Assembly: GCF_006345805.1 (NCBI RefSeq)
Contig: NC_043016.1
Location: 16,430,001-16,494,000, forward strand
DNA length: 64,000 nt
Reading direction: 5' to 3'
DNA from: Octopus sinensis
Lineage: Eukaryota
Below, one piece after another: positions 14,341 through 26,764 of the stretch. Within the stretch, counting starts at the first letter, position 1. Each line of letters starts with the position of its first letter. The translations under genes were made by a program, and so were the position numbers. The notes beneath the pieces were generated by a model. It ran no database searches, was not told the origin of the DNA, and saw only the letters and a list, made by a program, of their open reading frames with translations.

Positions 14341-14409
14341 TATATATGTGTGTGTATAATATATATAATATATATTATATTAAGGTATATATATATATAT
14401 ATATATATA

Positions 14410-14564
14410 GCGTGTAGGAGTGGCTGTGTGGTAAGTAGCTGCTTACCAACCACGTGGTTCCGGGTTCAATTTCGAACTTAGGAACCACTAAGTGTCTTCT
14501 ACTATACCTCGGGCCGACCAAAGCCTTGTGAATGGATTTGGTAGACGGAAACGAAAGAAGCCCG

Positions 14565-14600
<36 letters not shown>

Positions 14601-14765
14601 GTGTGTGTATGTTTGTGTGTCTGTGTTTATCCCCTCAAAACCGATGCCAGTGTGTTTACGTCCCCGTAAAAGAGACCGATATGATAATTACTAGGCTTCA
14701 GAGAATAAGTCCTGGGGTCGATTTGCGCGGCTAAAAAGAACTGAAACGAGTAAAAGAGTAAAGGG
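14410..14765 (+). mobile_element. Family A SINE, near full length
   Basis: Head gtaggagtggctgtgtggtaagtag, internal (GT)n, tail gagtaaaagagtaaa. Confidence 0.85.
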
Positions 14766-15324
14766 TATATATGTGCGTATATATATGTGTGTGTGTGTAT
14801 ATTACATATATATACACACACACACAACACACACACATTTATATGTGTGTCTGTCTGTCTGTGTTTGTCCCTCCAAAATCGCTTGACAACTGGTGTTGGT
14901 GTGTTTATGTTCCCTGTCACTTAGCAGTTCGCAAAAAAAGCAGACCTATAGAATAAGCACCAGACTTTTAAACGGAAATACACTGGGATCGATTCGCGCG
15001 GCCCTAAAATCCCTCAGGCAGTACCCCAGCCTGGCCGCAACCTAATGATGGTTAAACATGTGAAAGATAAATAAAGATATGAGGCATAGGAACGCAACTT
15101 TGGCTATGTTACCAGAAGCTTCTATTAGATGCTAAAGTACCCGTCCCCCCATGACGTTCCTATCATTTCAAGATGTGTTTGTTTTCTTAACTGATTACAA
15201 AAAATATTCATTCATAATCTGAGACAGATATGTAACCCGATAATCTTCATTAATGGGAAAAACCCTCTAGTAATACTGTGTTAAAATAATTAAAGTTTAT
15301 ACATACATACATACTCATACATAC

Positions 15325-15415
<91 letters not shown>

Positions 15416-15469
15416 TGTGTGTGTGTGTATGTATATATATATATATATAGATATAGATATATAGATATA

Positions 15470-15991
15470 CCGTAAATCTTCGAGTATAGTCCCCCTTGCG
15501 TATAATACACAGGGGCTTTTTAGGGGGGTCCCTCTGAAAAACCTAAACCTTGTGTATAATACGCACCCTTTCTCTAACTTGAGTCGTGCGTAATTAAGCC
15601 AGCAGCACCTGGTCGAACAAACACCTCCGCACTTGCGTAATATAATAATGGTGATGTTCTTAACTGTTATATGGGAATGTAAATATGTTTGCAAATTGTT
15701 TTTTTACATGTTATTCTGTGTTCTGAATACTTTCATTTTAATAAATGTTGCTTTCTGCAAGTTATGGATGATTCTTTTATGACTTCATTGCTTTCAGGCT
15801 TAGCTAAAGGTATTTTCGTGCCCTGCATCACAAAATGTGTCTGAATAAACATTGCCAGACAGCAAATAGAGACTCGGACATTGCTTAGAAAATACTTTTT
15901 ATTTTTAACTTCGTATATAGTACACTCTAGGGGTTTTGACCTTTAAATTTGGGGGGGGGAGGGAATGCGGATTATACGCGATGATTTACGG
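15470..15991. mobile_element. Non-autonomous TIR element (MITE, TA-flanked)
   Basis: TA|CCGTAAATC...GATTTACGG|TA. Homologous copies at 32305-32756 and 42852-43882. Confidence 0.85.
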
Positions 15992-16005
15992 TATATATAT
16001 GAATG

Positions 16006-16039
<34 letters not shown>

Positions 16040-16188
16040 TATACATATATATATATCGCAGGGATTTTGGAGAGTTTAAAAGTACAAGGTAATAATTGAG
16101 CAAAAATGTTTAAACCATCGAGTGTTCAAGTTTTCACAAAAATTTCAGTGAGTTTCTCAGAGATAGATAATATATATATATATTATAT

Positions 16189-16230
<42 letters not shown>

Positions 16231-16236
<6 letters not shown>

Positions 16237-16566
16237 TAAATAAAAAGAGTTGAACGCAGGTGTTATTCAAATTCTTTTGCTTTCGACATATGTTTCGAAG
16301 ACAACATTGGTTTTATTCCAGAGGAATAAACAGTGTAAAATAATGTAATCTCCTAATCAAGAAAGAAGGAGAACTCATCTCAACAACAAGACACTATAGC
16401 AATTTTTATCTTGTTGAGATAGGTTCCTTTTCTTTCCTGATGAGAAGATTACATTATTTTAGACCGTTTATTCCTCTGGAATAAAACCAATGTTGTCTTC
16501 GAAACATATGCCGAAAGTAAAAGAATTTGAATAACACCTGCGTTCAGCTCCATTTATTTACTTATA
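16231..16566. repeat. Long palindrome/foldback with hammerhead remnants in both arms
   Basis: 16231-16390 is the approximate reverse complement of 16410-16566. Confidence 0.85.
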
Positions 16567-16751
16567 CTGAACAAATTACTGCACATTAACCCGGAGTTTC
16601 TACTTTGAATAGGTCGCTACATCCTGTGTTACTTGCGTGAATTTTGCTACACTGGTACTGTTTATTGAATTTTCCATGTTAACGGTAAACAAAGGATAAT
16701 TCATTCATCCATTTATTTATATTATATATATATATATATAGATATATATAT

Positions 16752-16797
<46 letters not shown>

Positions 16798-16829
16798 CTA
16801 GATACTCTCTAGAGATTCCCCAAGAAATG

Positions 16830-17470
16830 TTTAATAAAAAAAATACTTATTTACTTAAGTTTTAACATCATTTCCTTCGAAATAGTCACTTTGCGCTGCA
16901 ATACGCCAGTTCCACGGTTGCTGCCACTTTTGGAATCCGTCCTGGAAGTCGTTTTCTGTTAGCGAATCGGGGACCTTTCACAATTCGTTTTTGATCTCGA
17001 CAACGATGTTAAAATAGCAGCCTTTGATCTGCCTTTTCATCTTGCCGGAAGCGATGGAGGTCCGCAGGAGCTAAACCTGGCAAGTAGCGTGGGTGCAGAA
17101 GCGATACCATAATGTTTTGGCGAGAATCTCACACGTGAAGAGATTCTGGTGACAGGTGTGCGTCATAAAGAACCCAATATTTCGCATTACACACATCCGG
17201 ACACTTTCACTGAATATCCTCCCTCAGATATTTCAAAACTTCGCAGTAGAACTCTCGACTGACGGTCCGGCCCCGGGAGATAAATTTTCAATGCACAATA
17301 CCACATTTTCAGGGGTGACACTTGAGGCAGGTCTTCCAGAGTACTCATCTTCTTCCAGCATCATTATTTCCGCTTTTGAAGCGCCCATGACACTCGAAAC
17401 ATTATGTAAAGCCCATTTCCGAAGCAAACCCAGTGTTTCTGAAGCAGACTTCCCAAGTTTGTCGCATACA
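16830..17470 (-). mobile_element. Mariner transposase fragments
   Basis: EDEYSGRPASSVTPENV and a decayed C-terminal region. Confidence 0.65.
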
Positions 17471-17508
17471 CGCGATTACAAAAAACACAAACTTCACAAC
17501 TTTATATG

Positions 17509-17787
17509 ACCTAACCTTAATATAACCTTAACCTTATATAACCTTAACTTTATATAACCTAACCCTAACATTAACCATAACCCTAACCCTAACCCTAAAC
17601 CTAACCCTAAACCTAACCCTAAACCTAACCCTAACCCTAACCCTAACTCTAACCCTAACCCTAACCCTAACCCTAACACTAAACCTAACCCTAATCCTAA
17701 CCCTAACATTAACCCTAACCCTAATACTAACCCTAATCCTAACCCTAACCCTAACCCTAACCCTAACTCCAACACTAACGCTAACTT
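17509..17787 (+). repeat. Interstitial telomere-like repeat (CCCTAA)n
   Basis: Degenerate taaccc/taaacc hexamers. Confidence 0.9.
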
Positions 17788-17793
17788 TGTATA

Positions 17794-18372
17794 AAGGGTG
17801 TCCCAAAAAGATGTACTCACTCTTTGACAGACGATGTACGGGCTTACCTCGATGCAACAAATCCTAACAAATGGATCGGTAGGAGATGTAGCCTTGAATT
17901 TCCTGCACGCCGATGGATTTTTTTTTTTTATGGGGACATCTCAAGGATAAGGTTTCCGCTACAAAACCAGTGACACTTGATGAATTGAAAAATGAAATTC
18001 GAATACAATGTCTTTCAATTCCAAATGAATTTGGCAATGTTGTCGAATTATCAGCTTTGTTTGGTAAATGAAGGAAGGCGGTTTGAACATTTACGAACGC
18101 GCAGGAATGGGAGAGAAAATTAAATAATTCTAAAGAATCGATTCAACAAGAATTTATTTTCCTGGTTTAATTTAACTTTTTAGGTTTGCTTGTATCTCTT
18201 TTACTCTTTTACTTGTTTCAGTCATTTGACTGTGGCCATGCTGGAGCACCGCCTTTAGTCTAGTACTTATTCCATCGGTCTCTTTTTGCCGAGCCGCTAA
18301 ATTACGGGGAAGTAAACACACCAGCATCGGTTATCAAGCGATGTTGGTGGGGACAAACACATACATATATAT

Positions 18373-18439
<67 letters not shown>

Positions 18440-18662
18440 CAAAGAGCTTCTTTCAGTTTCCGCCTACCAAATCCACTCAAAAGACCTTGCCCAATGTGTC
18501 ATGCAGTCGGACTGAACCCGGAACCATGTGGTTTGTAAGCAAGCTACTTACCACACAGCCACTCCTACACCTATATATCAACATCAATAAACATCTACTT
18601 GAACACAAACTGCATGGGTACTAGGAAGTCAAAGAGTGGGTACATCTTTTTGGGACACCCTG
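17794..18662 (+). mobile_element. Tc1/mariner-like non-autonomous element
   Basis: TIRs (c/a)AGGGTGTCCCAAAAAGATGTAC(T/C)CACTCTTTGAC with TA flanks; internal remnant DFFLWGHLKDKV. Confidence 0.8.
18195..18575 (-). mobile_element. Family A SINE nested in a Tc1-like element
   Basis: Same head and tail, internal (CA)n(TA)n. Confidence 0.8.
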
Positions 18663-18899
18663 TATATATCAAAACATGACCACTTTGGCTAAAAATACAC
18701 ATTTCACAAGTTGCTAAGTAAACACACCAATCTAACCCGGGACACAGCCTCATGAAGATCACCGCTATCTCTCACTACGCACGCAACCGTGTGCTGCCAT
18801 CTGTTGGCACGCTACAGAACTCGTCGGGGAACTTTTTTCATACCACAGCGTATGTGTGGTAACATAATAAATAAAAATAAATGCGCCCTTTTGAAGCTT

Positions 18900-19108
18900 A
18901 GGCAGGTTTCTATGGCTTATGTGTTCCCCAGCTGGACGGGACGCCAGTCCATCGCAGCGTTACTCATTTTTGCCAGCTGAGTGGACTGGAGCAACGTGAA
19001 ATGAAGTGTTTTGTTCAAGAACACAACGCGTCGCCCGGACCAGGAACCGAAACCACAATCTTACGATCATGATGCTGACACCCTAACCACTAAGCCACGC
19101 GCTTCCAC
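18900..19108 (-). mobile_element. tRNA-derived SINE family C with V-domain-like core
   Basis: Head gtggaagcgcgtggcttagtggttagggtgtc, core ctgcgatggactggcgtcccgtccag. Second copy at 47165-47397 (-). Confidence 0.7.
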
Positions 19109-19364
19109 TTTGTGTGGTTATTCAATTTGAAAGTTCAAAGGAGTTTCGTAAAAATTCTCCTGGGACTTTAGCTCTCTGCTTTTAACAGAAGATAAGATGA
19201 TTGAGTATAAATATTTAAAATGTTTCTATTTACCTGCGTCGGAAACTGGAACCAGGTTCGGCTCAGCTGGTAATGTAATTAAAAGAACGAAAGAAAATAG
19301 AAAAGATATAAATAGCAATTAAAACGGAATACGTACAATATATCAAAATACTTTTTATTCGAAT

Positions 19365-19409
19365 GTATGTGAGTGTGAGCGTGTGTGTACGTGAGTGTGT
19401 GTGTGGGAG

Positions 19410-19444
<35 letters not shown>

Positions 19445-19465
19445 ACGTGAGTGTGTGTGTGGGAG

Positions 19466-19500
<35 letters not shown>

Positions 19501-19533
19501 ACGTGAGTGTGTGTGTGTGCGTATATATATAGA

Positions 19534-19575
<42 letters not shown>

Positions 19576-19640
19576 TGTATGTGTGTGTACGTGAGTGTAT
19601 GTGTGGGGGCGTATATATATGTGTGTGTGTGTGTGTGACC
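19365..19640. repeat. Minisatellite of about 40 bp built from GT/TA runs
   Basis: Repeated gtgtgtacgtgagtgtgtgtgtgggagtatatat units. Confidence 0.75.
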
Positions 19641-19989
19641 ACGTTGGCTAAAACACAAATTATATATATATTATGTAGGTACGGGCGTGATAAGAAGCTT
19701 GTTCCCCCAACTACATGATTCCGGGTTCAGTCGCACTCGTAGCAACTTGAGTAAGTGTTATATAACAAAAAGAAAATGGAGAGTTTAAACTGACATATGT
19801 TAATTTATTAACATAATATTATATTATTATGATGTAAAAATAAATATAATCCTACAATTGTTTCAATTCACATATATATAAAATAAGTATGAATATATAA
19901 AATAAAATAAAAACTAAATAGTGTTTTATTTTATTTTATTTATTTTAAAAATTAAATTATTGACGCTTCCTCGTCACTAGAATAATGTT

Positions 19990-20278
19990 TGCCTCTCAAA
20001 CCGTTTCATGGGTCTGAAGAGATGATAGTCCAGTGATGAGGAAGCGAAAACTGTAGTGAAGGAGTGGCTCAAAGAACAACCAACAGAATTTTACGGGACA
20101 GGGATACATGCTCTCATTCGAAGGTGGAACATTGCTACTGAGAGAAACTGTGACCATGTTGAGAAGTAGAAATGTACAGAGGACCAGCTTCATTTTGATG
20201 TATGATACATGTTCCTGAGTTGGTAATTATAACTGTCCTAAACAAAATGGCATTACTTTTTGAGTCACCCTCATACAT
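19990..20278 (+). mobile_element. Mariner 3' fragment with TIR
   Basis: KTVVKEWLKEQPTEFYGTGIHALIRRWNIA, ending ttactttttgagtcaccctcata. The same family occurs in reverse orientation at 60525-60800. Confidence 0.8.
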
Positions 20279-20309
20279 ATGGATTATCCTGGAAGGTCAA
20301 GCTCCCAAC

Positions 20310-20610
20310 ATTGGAATTAACAGCTATACCAACCACCGAACTGGACGGCACCCCATAATACTAATGATACTGTCTTCTTCATCTCAGATAAGGACCCATG
20401 ATTGCAACAGCTTGAATTTCAGGAGAACACAACTGCTTAACATCCTGAAAGGGAACTAAGAGATCTGTATGGTGTAAATGTGGGAGCCGTCCAAAAGGCA
20501 CCTGGACAAATTTCTATCTGAAATCCCAGATGAGCCCATATCGCGACAGGAAGCACAAAGGGCAGTTTCGTCCAACTCGCTTCTTCACCAAAAGCAGTAT
20601 TGAAAAAAGA
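20310..20610 (+). mobile_element. Decayed non-LTR retrotransposon 3' end
   Basis: SLNFR.TQLLNIL.RELRDLYG...HLDKFLSEIPDEP...SNSLLHQ resembles a LINE ORF2 terminus. Confidence 0.55.
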
Positions 20611-20991
20611 ACCCGAAAAACACTGAAAGTGCTTCGTGCTTTTGAGCATGGCCCTGAAAGAATAAAAATGAAGTTTTAAAAAAAGGATGGAAAATCGTAT
20701 TTGTAAGTCTCTCGTGTCTTGCCTTTCCATAAATTTTGAATTGCGGCGATATGTTCAAGCTGAATGCTCGATACTTGAGAGGGAAGATCAGTACAAAAGC
20801 ACCCTGAAGCAGGAGACACAGAGAAAAACAGCTTCATCCAAGTTGCTTCTTTGCCGAAAACAGTACTGGTAGGACACCTGAAAACGCTGAAAGTGTTTGG
20901 GGGTGGGGTGGCAAACGTGGCCACAAAAAGAATATAAAAAAGCGGTAAAAGGATAGAAAAACATCGCATTTGAAAGCCCTTAATGTCTTAC

Positions 20992-21564
20992 CTTCACAAA
21001 TTTGTATCGCTAACTCGTGTAAGATGTTGTCGATGTTATTATATGAATTCGCGAGGAAATAGCGATTCCCGGGTTTCTGACTCGCGACGATATTCTCAAG
21101 TTGGACGCTTGATACTTGTGGGGACACACCAACCCCGAACAACGCTATCCCGGCTTTCGCAGCGAACTTCGCCTCCTTTTCAATCTGTTCGAGATTCTTA
21201 TTCTTCGTTCCGCTAACGATTAACCCAATATGAGGGGAGCTCACCTTCCGCCGGAGAAGGGACCTCCGGAACCCTCTTGTTCGCATATATTTGATAGCAT
21301 CATCGACCCCACCTCTTCCTTTTAATTGCTTTGCTCCGGCAATTTTATTAATAATTTTGTCCGCGTCGTTAAATTCTGTGAGGTCAAAACCGGTTTTAAG
21401 GCGTTTCCCGAACGTTAAAAACCCGACGCGGGTCGTCGCGTTCGAAATGTCAAGCATTCTAATTAATCGTTTCAAAAAATCCATTTGCGAGTAAAATTCC
21501 TCTTCGAATATTCTATCCGATGCATCGGCAGCAATCACAACGTCAAGGACTTTTCCAGAACAAA
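20992..21564 (-). CDS. Exon encoding vWA domain 2
   Basis: Translates to (I)CSGKVLDVVIAADASDRIF...TRVGFLTFG...LAIQICE. Acceptor ttgttttattag at 21565, donor G|GTAAGA at 20991; 573 nt, phase 1-1. MIDAS is degenerate (DASDR). Confidence 0.9.
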
Positions 21565-21629
21565 CTAATAAAACAATAAAAAATGAATACGAATTAATAA
21601 TTTAATTGTAGACTCTTTTTAAAATTCTA

Positions 21630-22115
21630 CCCCTGAACCCTAACCCTAACCCTTAAAGGTAAGAGTTAGGATTCGTGGTAAGGATTTATAGTAAGGGTTA
21701 GGGGTTAAGTTTAGGGTTTAGATTTAGGTTTAGGTTTCAGAATTTAGAGTTAGGGTTTAGGGTTAATATTAATCATTTAGAGTTAGGTTCAGGGTTAGGG
21801 GTTACTATTAGGGCTTAGATTTAGGGATAAGTTTTAGTGTAAGGGCTTATGGTTAGACTTAGTATTTAGAATTAAGGTTCAAATTCGGGGTAACAGTTAG
21901 AGTTAGGCTTTAGAGTAAGGGTTAGGATTTGTTTTAGGGTTATGGTGGGTTAGGGTTAGTCTTTAGGCTTAGAGTTAGGGTTAGGGTTAAGAATTAGGGT
22001 TAAGGTTTAGGTTTAGAGTTTAGGTTAGGACTTAGGATTAGGGCTAGGATTTAGAGTTATTATAGGGTTAGTGTTGTGGGTTAGGGTTAAGTTTTAGGGT
22101 CTGGGTTTGGGGTTG
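21630..22115 (+). repeat. Degenerate interstitial telomere-like repeat (TTAGGG)n
   Basis: ttaggg/tttagg/ttagag variants; a short CCCTAA run at the left edge. Confidence 0.8.
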
Positions 22116-22238
22116 TTAGAAGAGATATTTTAGCTTTTTGCCTATTTGGCGCATACTCAAACAACCCTTTCTTTCCCATTAAGAATCAAACAAGGTCTTT
22201 TGCTGCTGATGAAAAGTATCGAATAGATTTTGACTTAC

Positions 22239-22433
22239 TTTTTAAAACTCTATCAACCATCCGCGTTGTTGGCGTCGTTGTAGATGTTGGCCGTTCGGTT
22301 GTAGTGGTCGTAGTGATTGTTGTCGTCGGCCGAGCTGTGGTAGATGTTGTCGCTCGCATCGTGGTGGACGTTGTAGTAGTCGGATGGGTTGATGGTGGGG
22401 GGGTTGTAGTAGTCCAAGTTGTGGTGACTGGAA
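22239..22433 (-). CDS. Exon encoding a Thr/Pro-rich mucin-like linker of the same gene
   Basis: Acceptor gctttttgtag at 22434, donor A|GTAAGT at 22238; 195 nt, phase 1-1. Reads (V)PVTTTWTTTTPPPSTHPTTTTSTTMRATT...TPTTRMVDRVLK and joins the vWA1 and vWA2 exons in frame. The ORF track shows a different frame here. Confidence 0.82.
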
Positions 22434-22449
22434 CTACAAAAAGCAGAAC

Positions 22450-22450
<1 letters not shown>

Positions 22451-22516
<66 letters not shown>

Positions 22517-22583
22517 AATAATGATAATAATAATAATAAAAAATAATAATAATAATATCAATAATAACAATAATAATAATAAC

Positions 22584-22651
<68 letters not shown>

Positions 22652-22695
22652 TAATAATAATGATAATAATAATAATATAATTAATAATAATAATG

Positions 22696-22729
<34 letters not shown>

Positions 22730-22743
22730 TAATAATAATAATG

Positions 22744-22776
<33 letters not shown>

Positions 22777-22782
22777 GTGATG

Positions 22783-22844
<62 letters not shown>
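22451..22844. repeat. (AAT)n microsatellite
   Basis: Direct inspection; source of the poly-N/I ORFs. Confidence 0.97.
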
Positions 22845-23250
22845 CTGATGCAGTACCAGGCAGTGGCTATCGTGGCTTATAGAAATCAGCAAAATGTGGA
22901 AGCTGAAGACTAAAACAATACCTGTTGTCATAGGTGCCCTGGGAATGATAGCGAAAGGACTGATTGCTACCTTAACTCAGATACCAGGAAACCCCAAAAT
23001 GGCAGAAATTCAAAAGATAGTGCTCATGGGAACTGCTCATATCCTACGCAAATACTCTCCATGTAATCCCAAGGTTAAAACAAACTTTTATTTATTTATT
23101 TTTTTTTTTTATGTATTAGACATTCACTAGTACAACACCAAAAAACCCCAAATATATGGCACAGAACTTCCAACCTGTTGTCTCTTGAGGTCTCTGTGAT
23201 GGTGAGACTTGGAGCCAACTTGTACAGACATAAAGCAAAAGTCAAACATA

Positions 23251-23251
<1 letters not shown>
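22845..23251 (+). mobile_element. Internally deleted R4/Dong-like element in (AAT)n
   Basis: A 5' CTGATGCAGTACCAGGCAGTGGCT joined to MWKLKTKTIPVVIGALG...IQKIVLMGTAHILRK and a 3' UTR; (AAT)n on both sides. Confidence 0.75.
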
Positions 23252-23309
<58 letters not shown>

Positions 23310-23327
23310 TAATATAATAATAATAAT

Positions 23328-23366
<39 letters not shown>

Positions 23367-23378
23367 AATAATAATGAT

Positions 23379-23900
23379 CTGATGCAGTACCAGGCAGTGG
23401 CTCTCGTGGCTTCTGATCTTAACTGATTGCAAGTGTTATCATGTACATTGTTTTGTCTTGGTATAAAAGATGGGCTACAGAAAATATTCTGCTCAATACC
23501 ACAGATTTGCTTGTCAGTTGTTTGACCTTAACCAGTTGAGCATGTCCCTTAGTGACTGGCGATATGTGCATCTCTGATCACGAGCAGAAGTAGTGGGGAG
23601 CATTATAGCCGTGTGTTGAGAAGGATTCACCCCTGGAAACATGGGTGTTTCGTTCAACATCCTTAAACAACCTTTATTCAGGGACCTTTTGAATAGGATA
23701 GTTTACTCGACCAGAAGAAAATTCTAACTGGGCCCCACCTGCAAGGTCATGTACTGTTTATCTTGATATGTCGCGCACACATGGTTGTGATGCATGTGCC
23801 TAGTGTACCCTTATCAGACGGGTAGTCATGACGGGTATACTGGGCTTCGTATATTTTACCCCAGTGTCACTTTGATGGTATGCACTGCTCTCTCACTAAG
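23379..23900 (+). mobile_element. Non-coding element sharing the same 5' end, in (AAT/AAC)n
   Basis: Starts with the identical CTGATGCAGTACCAGGCAGTGGCT directly after (AAC)n(AAT)n. Confidence 0.6.
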
Positions 23901-23929
23901 TAGTAAAATAATTTTAATTTCAACTAAAG

Positions 23930-25400
23930 GATGTCTCACTTGAGCGAGGTGATTTGAAGTGTACCACCGAAAGCCTGATCATTGCAGCACAAGACCAGGC
24001 TCTCGCTACCAATTCAGTGAAGTATAACACCTATAAAACTTCTCACACCAAGAAATGCAGACTCTTTGGGAAGAGTGTGGAAAATGTGACCCAGTTGGTA
24101 AGTGGATGTGAGAGCCTTGCACAAAAAGAATACAAGCGCCGCCACGATAAAGTGTGTATCTTCATTGGCTCTTATGCCTTAAATACCAATATGAAGTAAC
24201 AGAGAACTGGTATGAGCATGTGCCAAGTAAAGTTATGCTGGAGGATGGAAAAGTAACGATACTCTGGGCCTGGGATTTTCAGACGGATCGTGTAATCGAA
24301 CATCGTCGGCCGGATATTGTCATATTAAATAAGAGAGACAAATACTGTCGGATCATTAATGTAGATATACCAAATGACATGAATGTTGTGAGTAAAGAGG
24401 TTGAAAAAATTACCAGGAACTCCGAATTGAAAGTGGAAATGGCAAGACTGTATGGAATGCGAGAGGGTAATTTAAAAGTGATACCAGTGGTGATCTTAAG
24501 GCGGAGATGGTGGTGATGGTGGTAATGATGGACAATAGCCGAACTAAACAGCTTAGAAAGACAAGGAAGTTGCTAACTAGATATGGGCCACTCCACCCAA
24601 AAAGTGACACAGACAGACTGTATGTACCAAGAAAAAGAGAGGACGAAGAGGACTGATTGGTTGTGAACACAGCATTAAAGCAGAAGAAAACATCATAGCA
24701 TGATATGTAAAAAAATGCCACAGGACCGCTATTATTAGAAGTAGGAAGGTCAGTCTTGTGTAGGATGAAAGATAGCAAAGATAAAACACTATACAAGAAA
24801 TTGAAAACGAATGAAGCTGAAAATAGGTAGGTAAAGAAAAGAATGCATGGTCAATTTCATAAGGGTGTTGAAGATAAGACAGACAGAGAAAAAAGATGGC
24901 TGTGGATGACTGAAAGTGATTTAAAACCGGAAACGGGGGCTATAAACTTTGCTGCTCAAGAGCAAGCACTATGAACAAACTTCATAAAATACAGAATAGA
25001 CAACACATCAGAAAGTTGTAAGTGTAGAATGTGTGGACAAATTGGTGAGACCGTATGACATATTACCAGCTAATGTATGCCACTAGCCCAGGAGGAATAT
25101 AAGAGACGCCACGACAATATAGCCAGGCTTGTCCATTGGACATTTTGCAACAAGTATGGACTTGACAGAGCAAAAAATTGGTATGACCACTAACCTGAAG
25201 GCATTATCGAAAATAGAAATCCAAAGATCCTATGGGATTTTATTATTCAGTGCGACCATGAGATAGAGAATAGGAAGCCGGACATAGTGTTAATTGAGAA
25301 TGAAAACAATGCTGGATCACAGACATAGCGTGCCCAGCTGACAACAAAGTATGCGATAAGTACGAAAGAAAAGTAGATATATATCAGATTTCAATGTAAA
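23930..25400 (+). mobile_element. Two R4/Dong-like RLE LINE C-terminal fragments
   Basis: LIIAAQDQALATN...KCRL...KRRHDKV...WDFQTDRVIEHRRPDIV; and DRLYVPRK...GQFH...CRMCGQ..ET..HIT...KRRHDN...WDF...RKPDIV. Confidence 0.85.
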
Positions 25401-25633
25401 TCTTATAAGCTGATAAGGCGAGATGAGTTTAACAGTTGGTGAGATGAGTGACATCGGGAGCATTAAGATGCGTTAAGCATCAAAATGTGAAATCAACGAT
25501 GATCTGGCTATATCTGCAATCGTAGGGAGCTTGTCTCCTTTGTCTGTAATTAAGATAATCATTCTGTGGCTATTGAGTTGCTTTGACTCTTATTTCTAGC
25601 AATCGTGGTGTTGATTAGTGTTGATTAGATAGG

Positions 25634-25712
<79 letters not shown>

Positions 25713-25735
25713 CGGATGGATAGATAGATAAATAA

Positions 25736-25768
<33 letters not shown>

Positions 25769-25790
25769 TAGACAGACAGACAGACAGATA

Positions 25791-26190
25791 ATTTTCTTTA
25801 TCGGCCACACAGGGCTGCACACCGATGGGACAAATTACAAGGTAGAGCTTTTCTTTTGGGGGATGAAACAAACAAAAAACAAAAAACAAAAGAAACAAAA
25901 AAAAGTAGCGTAGGTTTTCGATCAAAAGGGATCGTAAAAGGAAAAAAAGAAAAAAATGGAAAAAAAGGAAAAGAATAGAAAAGGGAAAAAGAAGAAAAAA
26001 GAGGAAAAAAGGCGAAGAGTAAAAAAAAAACGATCAATAGGGATCGTGTATCACAGTGTCATGATGTATGGTGTAAAGGGGGAAGCAGATAAGGTTTATC
26101 CGTGGGAAGAAAAGCCTACGAAAAAGACCACGGTAACCTCGGTCAATATTGTTATATGTTACCACATTTGTTTGCAAGTGGGTAACCCTC
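25791..26190 (-). mobile_element. Solo 3' UTR of the Tx1-like LINE
   Basis: Homologous to 50660-50930; (GATA/GACA)n on both sides. Confidence 0.8.
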
Positions 26191-26232
26191 AGATAGACAG
26201 ATAGTCAGATAGATAAATAGATAGATAAATAA

Positions 26233-26313
<81 letters not shown>

Positions 26314-26695
26314 CAGACAGATAGAGAGATAGAGAGAAAGATAGACAGAGAGATAAATAGATAGATAGATAGGTAGGTAGGTAGGTAGGTAGGTAGGTAG
26401 GTATATATATATATACATATATATATATATACGCATATATACACATACATACATATTACGGAGATGTACTTGCATAGCAAGTGATCTGATCTGAGATCGT
26501 GTGCTGAAACGAAAACAATTGCAGCGTAGAAGGTGTTTGTAAGCCATTTAAGAAACACACAAAAGCCGTTCGATTCACTTCAACATTTAAGTTTAATTTG
26601 TCAAAATATTTTCGTCGCTTTAAGACCGCGACCTGTTCACTGATAAAAATCCGTGCTGCATATACATACATACACACACACAACACACACATACT

Positions 26696-26731
<36 letters not shown>

Positions 26732-26764
26732 TACATATATATATACATACATATATATTGTCGT

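Noticed and set aside
17494-17860. Gly-Leu / Val-Arg repeat ORFs
   Set aside because: Translations of the telomere-like hexamer array.
22253-22618. ORF-track peptide SSHHNLDYYNPPTINPSDYYNVHH
   Set aside because: Wrong frame; the splice phases select the Thr-rich frame.
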